Source: a virus. Taken from it: a DNA stretch of 64,000 nucleotides. Both the position numbers and the translations under genes were made by a program. Positions 21,678 to 31,049 of the stretch are shown here, one piece after another. The DNA is taken from the IMG/VR virus record IMGVR_UViG_3300021373_002437, positions 31,981 through 95,980 of that record. One strand, written 5' to 3'. The first letter of the stretch is position 1, and each line of letters starts with the position of its first letter. Below the pieces are notes generated by a model. The model searched no databases. It saw only the letters and a list, made by a program, of their open reading frames with translations, and had not been told where the DNA came from.

Positions 21678-22315
21678 AATGGGTAGACATACATAACCAA
21701 GAGTTACTTGATATACTCACTGCTTATAGTGACTGGTTTTTCACGACTGATCTAGAACCACTGGAAAAGGTGTGTGATAATCCTAAGCGACATTGTGATA
21801 CTAAAATTGACGATGGGTGTAGTCATAAGTACCTTTTGGAGATTTTGAATAAGCGAGAAGAACATATTGGATTCCCAGAGAAAGCATTCAGTGTCGATTT
21901 AGCCCGAGAAGAAAGGGTTCCCTCTGAACACAAGAAAAAGCGTCTGGAGATATGCACTACCCTTTGTTCGTATTTGGGGGCTCGCAATCAAGCAGTCAAT
22001 GTTTTCTATCCAGCCGGTGGATATATGGGATGGCATACCAACTGGAATGCCCATGGCTATAACATATTGCTTTCATATTCAAAAACAGGCAATGGGTTCT
22101 TTCGATACAAAAACCCATTACTGAACCGAAAAATCGTAACCATGGATGACAGGCCGGGGTGGTCTTGTAAGGTTGGATATTTCGGAAACAAACAGGAGCA
22201 CAGCGATATCTATTATCACTGTGCCGGTTCTTATGAGCCTAGAATTACATTAGGGTTCATAGTTCCTCACAAAGAAATGTGGGAAGACATGATTGAAGAC
22301 ATTTCTGGAAACTAG
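21674..22315 (+). CDS. 2OG-Fe(II) oxygenase-like protein
   Basis: YPAGGYMGWHTN ... YHCA...RITLGF double-stranded beta-helix pattern. TTG start overlaps the upstream stop. Confidence 0.65.
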   Translation: MKWVDIHNQELLDILTAYSDWFFTTDLEPLEKVCDNPKRHCDTKIDDGCSHKYLLEILNKREEHIGFPEKAFSVDLAREERVPSEHKKKRLEICTTLCSYLGARNQAVNVFYPAGGYMGWHTNWNAHGYNILLSYSKTGNGFFRYKNPLLNRKIVTMDDRPGWSCKVGYFGNKQEHSDIYYHCAGSYEPRITLGFIVPHKEMWEDMIEDISGN

Positions 22316-22974
22316 CTCTTAGTTCCAATCACCATAAACCTATCAAATTCATTTAACCCGTCGAAAGTCCAGTACTTCTGTTTAATAGAACCTTCATAGT
22401 ATGGGTTACTGATACCAGTATTTTTCTTGTGCTCTTCAATACTATCTACGCAATTGATACCGTACATTTCTTTGATCACGTTTGAGTTTTGAATGGCGAA
22501 AACACAATCTGGATTGGCTGTGGTTAAATCTTTCAGTGGGTACATTGTTTCCGCACACATTGAAATTACAATATCAGTTTCCAATGCATTGATATCATGA
22601 AAGGCGAACGGTACGTCCCAATTTAGGTGAGATAAATCAGTTCCTTCATCAACGTAGTTCTTATTAAAAATTTTAGATAGTTCTAACGCATCTTTATCAA
22701 CGTCGATAAGATTGATTTTAGCAACATCAAAATTTTCACACAGCATGGGAACTAGTGGAAAACCAAGCCAAGAATTTAAGATGGTTATATTTAGACCCAC
22801 ATTCTTTTTGGTTGGCATGTTTGACAAAGTTTCACACAGCCAAATGGTAGCCTCCATGGAATTGGGGTTCAAAGATTTTCTGAAATCCTCATGTTTATGT
22901 GGCATTTCATGATGTATTTTGTCTAGAGCATTACCCCAGTGGGCAAAGTTGTTTAAAAAATCAAAGCTTAACAT
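22312..22974 (-). CDS. Class I methyltransferase-like protein (degenerate motif I)
   Basis: ITILNSWLG, INLIDVD, DIVISMCAETM, HINC-like GINCV, DRFMVIG. Start placed at MLSFDF. Confidence 0.55.
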   Translation of the reverse strand: MLSFDFLNNFAHWGNALDKIHHEMPHKHEDFRKSLNPNSMEATIWLCETLSNMPTKKNVGLNITILNSWLGFPLVPMLCENFDVAKINLIDVDKDALELSKIFNKNYVDEGTDLSHLNWDVPFAFHDINALETDIVISMCAETMYPLKDLTTANPDCVFAIQNSNVIKEMYGINCVDSIEEHKKNTGISNPYYEGSIKQKYWTFDGLNEFDRFMVIGTKS

Positions 22975-23650
22975 CTTCAGGTCTCTCCATAGAGTCATAT
23001 AATCTTACAAGTGGGTCTTCCCGTATTACTCTCTCTTCAATATCTGAGGGCCAGACAAAGCCATTGTTGAAGCTATATACCCAGCCAGACGGGAAGAAAT
23101 CAAAATTGAGCAATCGTTCTCGTTGGTGACCAAACATATTGTCCAGCCCCCGGTAATAAAAAAACATTTGTGACGGATAAGACTTGACAAAGTGTGTGAG
23201 TTTGTCAGAATCAAATCGGTCATTCCATCTTAGGATAGAGGAATTGAACTCGGTGTATTTCCAAGGAGTGTCTTTCACATCCTCTTTCATTTTATTAAGG
23301 TTGTGCCACCAAGTCTTGATAAAAACTAAATTGTTACCGGGTTCATAATCAACAATACAATCTATATTCTTCTGGATAAAAACATCAAGATCAAAGAATA
23401 ACTTTTCACCTTTCTGTGTTACCACGCTTCGATCAAATAGATGAAGTTTATTCCACCATTTCTCATAATAGCTATTTTCTGGTATCGGAATTACTTCAAT
23501 TTCTGGCCTCAATCCAAAGGGCATTTCTGTCAAACAGAAGAACTTAAAATCCCCTGTTATGTGCTCTTCGCACATCCTATAGATTTCATTCACATGATCG
23601 TGGGAATATTTCTGCCCCCACTTCACTGTATAGATATTAATCATCGCCAA
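22961..23650 (-). CDS. GT-A fold glycosyltransferase (KWGxKY family)
   Basis: VKWGQKYS, F.CLTE, WWNKLHLF, LFFDLD, FNSSILRW, VYSF. Confidence 0.75.
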   Translation of the reverse strand: MAMINIYTVKWGQKYSHDHVNEIYRMCEEHITGDFKFFCLTEMPFGLRPEIEVIPIPENSYYEKWWNKLHLFDRSVVTQKGEKLFFDLDVFIQKNIDCIVDYEPGNNLVFIKTWWHNLNKMKEDVKDTPWKYTEFNSSILRWNDRFDSDKLTHFVKSYPSQMFFYYRGLDNMFGHQRERLLNFDFFPSGWVYSFNNGFVWPSDIEERVIREDPLVRLYDSMERPEDVKL

Positions 23651-24471
23651 TGCTCCAATAAATCTGGGTCAGCCAGATCATCTTGTTTGGTGCTACCCCT
23701 ACTAGAATCTTCAAAAGGTAGTAAATCAATATTAAACACACATAGAATTGAGTCCGGTCTATATTTATCTACTTCCAAATCCCTCGCACCCCAATCTCTT
23801 CCCCGGTTGTAAGAATACGCCATGTGGCTGGGGAAGTGTCCCCAAAGTTTATTCTCACTAAAGTCTCCCCACCTCCAACTGTGGTAGTTGTCTGTACCAT
23901 CTGTAAATGTGAACCAGATTCTTTCTTGATGTTCCAACACATCTTTCCAGATCACCTCGCACTGGTCATCGCTCCAGACCTGACAGCTTCCGTTGGTGTA
24001 TGCACCATGCGCCAGCTTAAAATTGCGTGACTTCATGGGTCTCGGGTCTTGCCACCAACTTCTAAGCTTCGTCGGCCTATCCAGATCGTACATGATGATA
24101 GGCTCCATGTCGTTCTGAATGATTACGTCAAGGTCGAGAAATACAAATCTGCCAGTAGGTTTATCATCAGCAAAATTATGAGTATTAAAGACAAAAGTTT
24201 TAGGCCGGTCCCAACAACGAGCCATACCGTACTTGAAGTTATCAGAGCCAAACCAATACTTAGGATGAATATCGGGAATATCAGGAAACTCAATGACTTT
24301 AATTTCAGGTTTAAGACCTTCAGGCAAATCGGTATAGCAATAAAAGTGAACATCAAATTTATCTGGATTGGTATTGCGGAGGGCCATGTTATAAAGCTTG
24401 TTAACAAAGTGTGGTCCATACTTAGTTCCCCATTTACAACAGACGTAGTTGACTCGGATTAAGTCCCCCAT
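23641..24471 (-). CDS. GT-A fold glycosyltransferase (KWGxKY family)
   Basis: CKWGTKYG, FYCYTD, VFLDLD, NGS..VW, GTDNY, YSYNRG. Confidence 0.75.
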   Translation of the reverse strand: MGDLIRVNYVCCKWGTKYGPHFVNKLYNMALRNTNPDKFDVHFYCYTDLPEGLKPEIKVIEFPDIPDIHPKYWFGSDNFKYGMARCWDRPKTFVFNTHNFADDKPTGRFVFLDLDVIIQNDMEPIIMYDLDRPTKLRSWWQDPRPMKSRNFKLAHGAYTNGSCQVWSDDQCEVIWKDVLEHQERIWFTFTDGTDNYHSWRWGDFSENKLWGHFPSHMAYSYNRGRDWGARDLEVDKYRPDSILCVFNIDLLPFEDSSRGSTKQDDLADPDLLEHWR

Positions 24472-25211
24472 AATGTTAACAACCTATCGTCTTCAAGTTG
24501 GTCAAGTTTGATTTGAGACTTTGCCCTTGGGTCTGGTGTCAGATCGGTGTTAAAAATACATACCTTAGCATCCGGTCTGTATGTAAATGGTTCTAGATCA
24601 TTTGGATACGTCATGCCCCGATTGTAACTATACACCCAATCGTATGGTATGTTTGCCCAGAAATCTCTTTGTCTCCAATAATGGTAGTTGTCGGTGCCTT
24701 TGAAAAAAGTTTTGAAAATCATTTCCGAGTTTTCTAGTGCATCATGATATATGTGCTTTGTTTGTTCACCATACCATAACATCATACTTGAGTTATAAAA
24801 TGTTCCTCGCATGTCAATGAAAAGTCTTTCATGTTTTTGTTTAGGGTTTTGCCACTGAACATGAATAAGTCTGGGTTTGATTGCGAGGGCGTCTAGCTCA
24901 TCCAAATTGTTTTGTATGATCACATCAAGATCAAAGTAGCACCATTTTCCTGTGTGTCCAGTCCACTCTTGGGAATTAAACACCAAAAATTTAGCCCGGT
25001 CCCAACAATACCCTTCTTCCCCAAACCAATATTTTGGGTGTAGTTCACCATCATCAGGGATTGGAAGTGTGTCACACTCAATACCTTCAGGGTCATCTGT
25101 AAAACAGGTGAATGTAAATTCTTTTGTGTAGTTCTTTCGGACCATGTTGAATAGGTTATTCACATAATCCGGGGTGTACTTATCTCCCCATTTGAGGCAC
25201 ACAAAATTCAT
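24459..25211 (-). CDS. GT-A fold glycosyltransferase (KWGxKY family)
   Basis: LKWGDKYT, FTCFTD, YFDLD, YNSSMMLW, GTDNY, YSYNRG. Confidence 0.75.
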   Translation of the reverse strand: MNFVCLKWGDKYTPDYVNNLFNMVRKNYTKEFTFTCFTDDPEGIECDTLPIPDDGELHPKYWFGEEGYCWDRAKFLVFNSQEWTGHTGKWCYFDLDVIIQNNLDELDALAIKPRLIHVQWQNPKQKHERLFIDMRGTFYNSSMMLWYGEQTKHIYHDALENSEMIFKTFFKGTDNYHYWRQRDFWANIPYDWVYSYNRGMTYPNDLEPFTYRPDAKVCIFNTDLTPDPRAKSQIKLDQLEDDRLLTLWGT

Positions 25212-25827
25212 ATTCTTTCTCTATGTTAGGAAAATCATCTTGACCATTTAGCAAAGCTATCCTATACTCTGGTTTGTACTCACTACCGGAGAACTTGAAG
25301 GAGTATATCATTTCTTCAGGCCAGTGTTCAAAGGTAAAACTTTCATGAAATAAAAAGCGATCATCCCCGGCATACTTGACCATGAAATAATCTTGGTCCT
25401 CTAGCCAGTGATCGTATATATATTTAGCATCTTCCCACAGCATCACGCTGGAGTTGAAGTTGCTCAAATAATTGTAAGACCACCTATCATCCACATGGTA
25501 TGGAAATTCGGTAGGTTTCCAATAAGTATAGCAAATCACAGGGGTCTTGTCAAGAGCATCGAACAAAATATCTATATCTTGTTGAATCCGCACATCTAGG
25601 TCTAGATATAGTATTTTTCCTAGATTATCATACTGAAATAGCTTGATTTTTTCCCAGTGACCCTCAATTTCCCAGTCTATGTCAATTATCTGGATGTTTT
25701 CATTGATTCCTGATGGATTATCGGTCACACAGACATAGTTATACTTCCCACCGGTAGCCTCGTATATCCGATTCACATCTTCGTGGGAGTACTTATCACC
25801 GTACTTCAATGTCAAAATAGTCTTCAT
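25180..25827 (-). CDS. GT-A fold glycosyltransferase (KWGxKY family)
   Basis: LKYGDKYS, CVTD, WEKIKLF, LYLDLD, FNSSVMLW, GDD.FL, YSFK. Start placed at MKTILT. Confidence 0.75.
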   Translation of the reverse strand: MKTILTLKYGDKYSHEDVNRIYEATGGKYNYVCVTDNPSGINENIQIIDIDWEIEGHWEKIKLFQYDNLGKILYLDLDVRIQQDIDILFDALDKTPVICYTYWKPTEFPYHVDDRWSYNYLSNFNSSVMLWEDAKYIYDHWLEDQDYFMVKYAGDDRFLFHESFTFEHWPEEMIYSFKFSGSEYKPEYRIALLNGQDDFPNIEKEYEFCVPQMGR

Positions 25828-25841
25828 TAGATTATTGATTG

Positions 25842-25849
25842 TATAAATA
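25842..25849 (+). promoter_or_regulatory. T4-type late promoter for the neck operon
   Basis: TATAAATA upstream of 25883. Confidence 0.8.
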
Positions 25850-25863
25850 ATGTAATACACCAA

Positions 25864-25871
25864 TACTTATA
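25864..25871 (-). promoter_or_regulatory. Variant late promoter for the minus-strand glycosyltransferase operon
   Basis: Reverse complement TATAAGTA (1 mismatch), about 36 nt upstream of ATG 25827. Confidence 0.55.
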
Positions 25872-25882
25872 AGACTTTTCAT

Positions 25883-26218
25883 ATGACTCTAACAAAAAAT
25901 CTCGTACTGAATCAAGGCGCATCTTTCAGCCAAGAATTCATCATTACTGATTCTGCTGGTGCTGTCCGTAACCTTACTGGGTACACGGCAACTGCTCAGA
26001 TGCGAAAAAGTTATTTCACACAAACCAACGTGGTGTTTACCGTTGCACAAGTGGATGTTGAGGGGAAGATTACAATTAGTCTAGATGACACAGCAACCGC
26101 TGCACTTTCAATCATACCATCTAATAGATACGTGTATGACGTTGAGATAACGGATGGTTCTAATGTAGAGAGGGTCAGAGAAGGTATCATAACAATTAAG
26201 CCAGAGGTTACGAAATAA
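25883..26218 (+). CDS. Ig-like small virion structural protein
   Basis: NL.LNQGA.F, NLTGYTATAQMRKSY, RYVYDVEI, RV.EG.ITI.PEVT. Confidence 0.75.
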   Translation: MTLTKNLVLNQGASFSQEFIITDSAGAVRNLTGYTATAQMRKSYFTQTNVVFTVAQVDVEGKITISLDDTATAALSIIPSNRYVYDVEITDGSNVERVREGIITIKPEVTK

Positions 26219-27186
26219 TGGCGCTATCGACTAGACAAGAGCTAATAGAATATTGTCTTCGAAGGCTTGGTTTCCCTGTAATTGAAATCAACGTTGATGA
26301 AGATCAGATTAGTGATCGAATTGATGACGCTCTCCAGTATTGGTATGAGTACCATTTCGATGGTAGACAAAAGATTTTTATAGAGCACAGGGTATCAGGT
26401 GATACACTGACTCTTGCTGCACCAGAAGCAGATAACTTTACTATTGGCGAAAGGTTGACAGGGGATGTCTCTGGAGCCACCACGATATACAAAGTAAAAA
26501 CTTCAGACACAGAACTTGAAGTGGAAGGCACACGAGGAACATTCCAAGACGGTGAAACCATAACCGGTACAAACGGTGGAGGCTCTATACTAGCTGGTGC
26601 GAGTGCATTCACTGCAGGTGATATGTCAAACAAGTATGTCCCCGTTGGTGACGGTGTGTTGTTTGTCAATCGCATGTTTAACTTCGGTGGGGCTACAAAC
26701 TCAACCAGAAGCGGTTCGGAAATTTTCGATGTGATGTACCAGTTCCGACAGAACGATCTTTACAACTTGCTTGGTGCAGATATGACTTACTATGCAGTAG
26801 TTCAGTCACATCTATCGACACTTGAGCAGTTGCTGGTTAGTCAGAGACAAATAAGATTTAATCGAAAGATGAATCGAATCTATGTAGACACGGACTGGGA
26901 CAAGACATTCAACCCCGGTGACTATGTGGTGTTTGAGGCATATGCGACAGTAGACCCAACGGAATTTTCTGAAGTCTATGATGACATGTTCCTGAAAAAA
27001 TATGCCACAGCACTTATCAAGAGACAGTGGGGCAGTAACATGAAGAAGTTCGGCGGGATTCAATTGCCCGGTGGAGTTACTTTGAATGCAGATCAAATTT
27101 TTGAAGAAGCCAATGTGGAGATATTGCAGATAGAAGAGGACATGCAGCAGAAGTACGAGTTACCCCCAAGATTTATGATAGGGTAA
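26218..27186 (+). CDS. 13: Neck protein gp13
   Basis: RQELIEYCLRRLG.PVIEINVD.DQ, LKKYATALIKRQWG.N..KF.GIQLPGGVTLN. Confidence 0.95.
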   Translation: MALSTRQELIEYCLRRLGFPVIEINVDEDQISDRIDDALQYWYEYHFDGRQKIFIEHRVSGDTLTLAAPEADNFTIGERLTGDVSGATTIYKVKTSDTELEVEGTRGTFQDGETITGTNGGGSILAGASAFTAGDMSNKYVPVGDGVLFVNRMFNFGGATNSTRSGSEIFDVMYQFRQNDLYNLLGADMTYYAVVQSHLSTLEQLLVSQRQIRFNRKMNRIYVDTDWDKTFNPGDYVVFEAYATVDPTEFSEVYDDMFLKKYATALIKRQWGSNMKKFGGIQLPGGVTLNADQIFEEANVEILQIEEDMQQKYELPPRFMIG

Positions 27187-27190
27187 TACC

Positions 27191-27940
27191 ATGCCTACAA
27201 ATCATTATTTCCAATCAGGCAACACCAGTGGCACAACTGCTGAACAGCGACTAGTTGAAGACTTGGTTATTGAGAGTTTAAAAATTTACGGACACGATGT
27301 TTACTACGTGCCCCGGACTCTCGTGGATGAGGATGAAATTTTTGACGAAGATACTCTGTCCGAATTTAATCAAGCATATCCACTAGAAATGTACCTAGAG
27401 AACGTAGAAGGGTTCGATGGGGACGGTGACCTGTTCAGTAAATTTGGTATAGAGGTTAGAGACAAAGCAACCTTTGTAATGGCGAAACGCAGATGGGAAG
27501 ATAATGTAATCACATCTGGTGGAACTTTTACTCAGGACTCAAGACCATCTGAGGGTGATCTTTTATTTTTTCCTAAGACTGGTTCTCTGTTTGAAATCAA
27601 GTATGTGGATTTCCAGAATCCTTTTTATCAATTGGGTAAAATCTACACCTTCAAATTGGAATGTGAATTGTTCGAGTACAGTTCAGAGAGATTCAACACT
27701 GGTATTGAAGACCTTGACAACATCTATACTGATCAGAATCTTGACATGCTGCAATTTGAATTTTTACTGGAAGACGATACCAAACTTCTTCTGGAAAATT
27801 CCAGCAACTTGATACTAGAAGAATATGCTGCAGTCAAGTCTACAGAGAATACCGACAACATTAACTTCACCAATACTGATGAAGCAAGTGATATATTGGA
27901 TTTCACTGAGATTAATCCATTCGGGGAAATAAGAAACTAG
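27191..27940 (+). CDS. 14: Neck protein gp14
   Basis: EQRLVEDLVIESLKIYGHDVYY.PR, RP.EGDL.F.P, PFYQLGK, NPFGE. Confidence 0.95.
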   Translation: MPTNHYFQSGNTSGTTAEQRLVEDLVIESLKIYGHDVYYVPRTLVDEDEIFDEDTLSEFNQAYPLEMYLENVEGFDGDGDLFSKFGIEVRDKATFVMAKRRWEDNVITSGGTFTQDSRPSEGDLLFFPKTGSLFEIKYVDFQNPFYQLGKIYTFKLECELFEYSSERFNTGIEDLDNIYTDQNLDMLQFEFLLEDDTKLLLENSSNLILEEYAAVKSTENTDNINFTNTDEASDILDFTEINPFGEIRN

Positions 27941-27941
27941 T

Positions 27942-28955
27942 ATGTTTAAGAATAAGCAATTTTATCACCAGCACGTAAAGAGAGCAATCGTTGCTTTTGG
28001 TATGATATTCAATAATATCAATATCAATCGTGTGGATGGTAGTGGCATAACCCAACAGGTGATGCGGGTTCCTTTGGCGTATTCTACCAAACAGAAGTTT
28101 CTGTCTCGTATAAGATCGGTAACAGATACTGAATCCCGTGGTGAGGTTGCGATCAATCTGCCTAGGATGGGTTTCGAGATTACGAGTCTGGACTATGACT
28201 CTACAAGAAAAATCTCCCCCATACAAAAGAACAAGGTAACCAACAACAGTTCCCTTAACGTGTCTCGGGCATACGTATCTACACCCTACAACATGTCCCT
28301 GTCCCTGTATGTTTTTGCTAAGAATCAGGAAGACGGTCTTCAGATCATTGAGCAGATTCTTCCATTCTTTAACCCAGATTTTAACGTGACAGTCAATGAG
28401 TTGCCTGAGTTGAATATTAAAAGAGATATTAAAATTACTCTGGACAATATAGGCTATGATGATTTGTACGAAGGGCCATTTGCCGAGAGACAGAGCATCA
28501 TGTGGACATTGAACTTCACAATGAGACTCAACTTCTTTGGATTTGTTTCTAATGAGAACATCATTAAAGAAGCGATTGCCAAGACGTATGATGATACGGA
28601 TAGTTCGAACATTAAGTCTTACTCACAAATCACTGCCAGTGTTGCGACCACCAATGCTACGGCTACTGCTGTTACCGATGGTGATGCTATCACAAATGTA
28701 TTAATCGACCATATAGGTAGCGGATACATCAACGCACCAAACATCACAATTTCTGGTGGTGGAGGTTCTGGTGCCACGGCTGTAGCCACAATAGAAGATG
28801 GTTCGATAAACACCATAACTGTTACTGCGGGCGGTACAGGATACACCACAGCCCCAACAGTGACTATCGATGCACCACCAGACATAGTTGACCCACCGGG
28901 ACCAGATGACCCGTTCAGGTTCTTACTGGAATTTGAAAATGTTATTGAGGATTAA
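27942..28955 (+). CDS. 15: Tail terminator/sheath stabiliser gp15 with an extra C-terminal domain
   Basis: FYH...R.IVAFG..FNNI, VPLAY..KQKFL.R, LPRMGFEI, QIIEQILPFFNP. Confidence 0.93.
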   Translation: MFKNKQFYHQHVKRAIVAFGMIFNNININRVDGSGITQQVMRVPLAYSTKQKFLSRIRSVTDTESRGEVAINLPRMGFEITSLDYDSTRKISPIQKNKVTNNSSLNVSRAYVSTPYNMSLSLYVFAKNQEDGLQIIEQILPFFNPDFNVTVNELPELNIKRDIKITLDNIGYDDLYEGPFAERQSIMWTLNFTMRLNFFGFVSNENIIKEAIAKTYDDTDSSNIKSYSQITASVATTNATATAVTDGDAITNVLIDHIGSGYINAPNITISGGGGSGATAVATIEDGSINTITVTAGGTGYTTAPTVTIDAPPDIVDPPGPDDPFRFLLEFENVIED

Positions 28956-28957
28956 AA

Positions 28958-29404
28958 ATGAGCACTTTCGATAAACTGGATGAAACATTTAATACAGAGT
29001 CTACTGAAGAACTTCCTATTGAAACTAAGGTTGAAGAGGAAAATCTTCCAGTTGTGGCTTCTGAAGACCTTCCAGAAAAAGAGTTGGAGGATGACTATCA
29101 GTCAGCAAGACAGACTCTGAAAGACGCTGAGAGCTTTACTAAAGAAGCCATACAGGGCATGATGAAGGTTGCTAAGAATAGCGATCAACCCCGAGCATGG
29201 GAAGTGACTGGACAACTCATAAAAACCCTGCAAGATAATGCAGGAGCTATGATGGAAGTCCAAGAGAAAAAGAAAAAGGTTACTGGAGTCACGCCAGCAG
29301 CACCCAATAAAGTCACCAACAACATTTTAATGGCAGGGACAACAAAAGAATTGCTGGATGCCTTGAATAAAAAGGACGGTCCCGTAACAATCGATCATGA
29401 GTAA
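28958..29404 (+). CDS. 16: Terminase small subunit gp16
   Basis: DDYQSAR, S.QPRAWEV.GQLIK, VTNN..GTT.EL. Confidence 0.93.
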   Translation: MSTFDKLDETFNTESTEELPIETKVEEENLPVVASEDLPEKELEDDYQSARQTLKDAESFTKEAIQGMMKVAKNSDQPRAWEVTGQLIKTLQDNAGAMMEVQEKKKKVTGVTPAAPNKVTNNILMAGTTKELLDALNKKDGPVTIDHE

Positions 29405-31049
29405 AGCACTAAATTCCTATCATGGAAATCCTAACCTAAAAGGTCTTGGATATCAACATGAGTTTACGGAAGACGAATTAAAAGAATACGTTCGATGTAA
29501 GAACGACCCAATCTATTTCATAGAGAATTACTGTAAGATTGTAACTCTAGATGATGGTCTTCAATACTTTAAATTATATGAGTGTCAAAAGAAAAAAGTT
29601 GACCTCATCTTAAATAATCGAAAAGTAATCTTGATGGAAGGTAGACAGCAGGGTAAGACTGTAACTGCCGCAGCCTGTATTTTGTGGTACACCATTTTTG
29701 ACTCAGATAAAACTGTTGCCATCATGGGTAACAAGACTGCCTCTGCTCGTGAGGTATTAAATCGTTACCAGATCATGTATGAAAACCTACCTCTGTGGAT
29801 GCAGCAAGGTGTTAAGACATGGAACAAAGGTGACGTTGAATTAGAAAACGGTTGTAAGATTTTCACTGCTGCGACCACCGCTTCTGGTATTCGTGGTAAG
29901 TCTGTTAACTGGCTGTATATCGATGAGGCTGCAATCATTCCAAACAATGTCGCAGATGAATTCTTTGCTTCAGTATACCCCACGATTTCAGCGGGTGAGA
30001 CTACTAAGATTCTTCTTACGTCTACTCCACTTGGTTACAACCACTTCTGGAAGTTCTGGAATGAGGCAGAGAAGGGTCATAATGGTTTCGTACATCACTT
30101 CATCCCGTACACTGAGATTCCGGGCAGAGATAAGGCGTGGGCTGATGAGCAATTCAAGCTACTTGGTGAGCTTAAGTTTAACCAAGAGGTACTTTGTGAG
30201 TTCCTTGGTTCTGCCAACACCCTCATTAGTGCTCGTACAATTGCGAACCTTAGCTCTAAGGAGCCAATCTTTTACAACGATGATGGTCTCAACATATATA
30301 AGGCACCAGAAGAAGGTCACTTTTATACCATCATTGCAGACACTGCGAGGGGTATTGGTGGAGACTACTCAGCCTTCGTGGTTATTGACATAACTGAAAT
30401 GCCTTATCAAGTTGTGGCTAAGTACCGGAACAATAAAGTCGCTCCGATGCTATATCCAGAGATAATAAATAAGATAGGGGTGGATTATAACAATGCGTTT
30501 GTCCTGATTGAGAACAATGATATTGGTGGGCAGGTGGTAGAAATTCTTCATGAAGAAATTGAGTATGAGAATATCTTCCAGACAGCCACAGAAAAATCTC
30601 GACAGTATGTAACAGCGGGATTTGGTAAGACTAGTAGATTGGGGGTCACCACTTCCAAACAAGTTAAAAGGCAAGGATGTTTTTCCTTTAAGTCACTTAT
30701 AGAGGAACAGAAGCTTCTCCTTTTTGATGCAGATATAATCCATGAAATTTCTACCTACATTGAAAAGGGACAGACCTATCAGGCCGATGAAGGATATCAT
30801 GACGATCTGGTAATGTGTTTAGTTTTATTTGGGTGGCTTTCCACGATGCCTTTCTTCGCAGACCTTGTGAATGTTAATACAAGGGAAGAATTGTATAACC
30901 AGATGGCACAAGAAATACAGAAACACATGACTCCATATATAAGAAATGATGGAAATACCCCAGCACCGGCAATGGTTGCTTCAGGAGATTATTGGATAGA
31001 AGATGAAAAATTTGATGACCACTACAGAAAAGCCTTCAACCTCGACTGA
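29397..31049 (+). CDS. 17: Terminase large subunit gp17
   Basis: Y.GNPNLK, RQQGKT, YIDEAA (Walker B), STP.G.NHF, D.ARG.GGDYSAF, HDDLVM. Confidence 0.97.
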   Translation: MSKALNSYHGNPNLKGLGYQHEFTEDELKEYVRCKNDPIYFIENYCKIVTLDDGLQYFKLYECQKKKVDLILNNRKVILMEGRQQGKTVTAAACILWYTIFDSDKTVAIMGNKTASAREVLNRYQIMYENLPLWMQQGVKTWNKGDVELENGCKIFTAATTASGIRGKSVNWLYIDEAAIIPNNVADEFFASVYPTISAGETTKILLTSTPLGYNHFWKFWNEAEKGHNGFVHHFIPYTEIPGRDKAWADEQFKLLGELKFNQEVLCEFLGSANTLISARTIANLSSKEPIFYNDDGLNIYKAPEEGHFYTIIADTARGIGGDYSAFVVIDITEMPYQVVAKYRNNKVAPMLYPEIINKIGVDYNNAFVLIENNDIGGQVVEILHEEIEYENIFQTATEKSRQYVTAGFGKTSRLGVTTSKQVKRQGCFSFKSLIEEQKLLLFDADIIHEISTYIEKGQTYQADEGYHDDLVMCLVLFGWLSTMPFFADLVNVNTREELYNQMAQEIQKHMTPYIRNDGNTPAPAMVASGDYWIEDEKFDDHYRKAFNLD

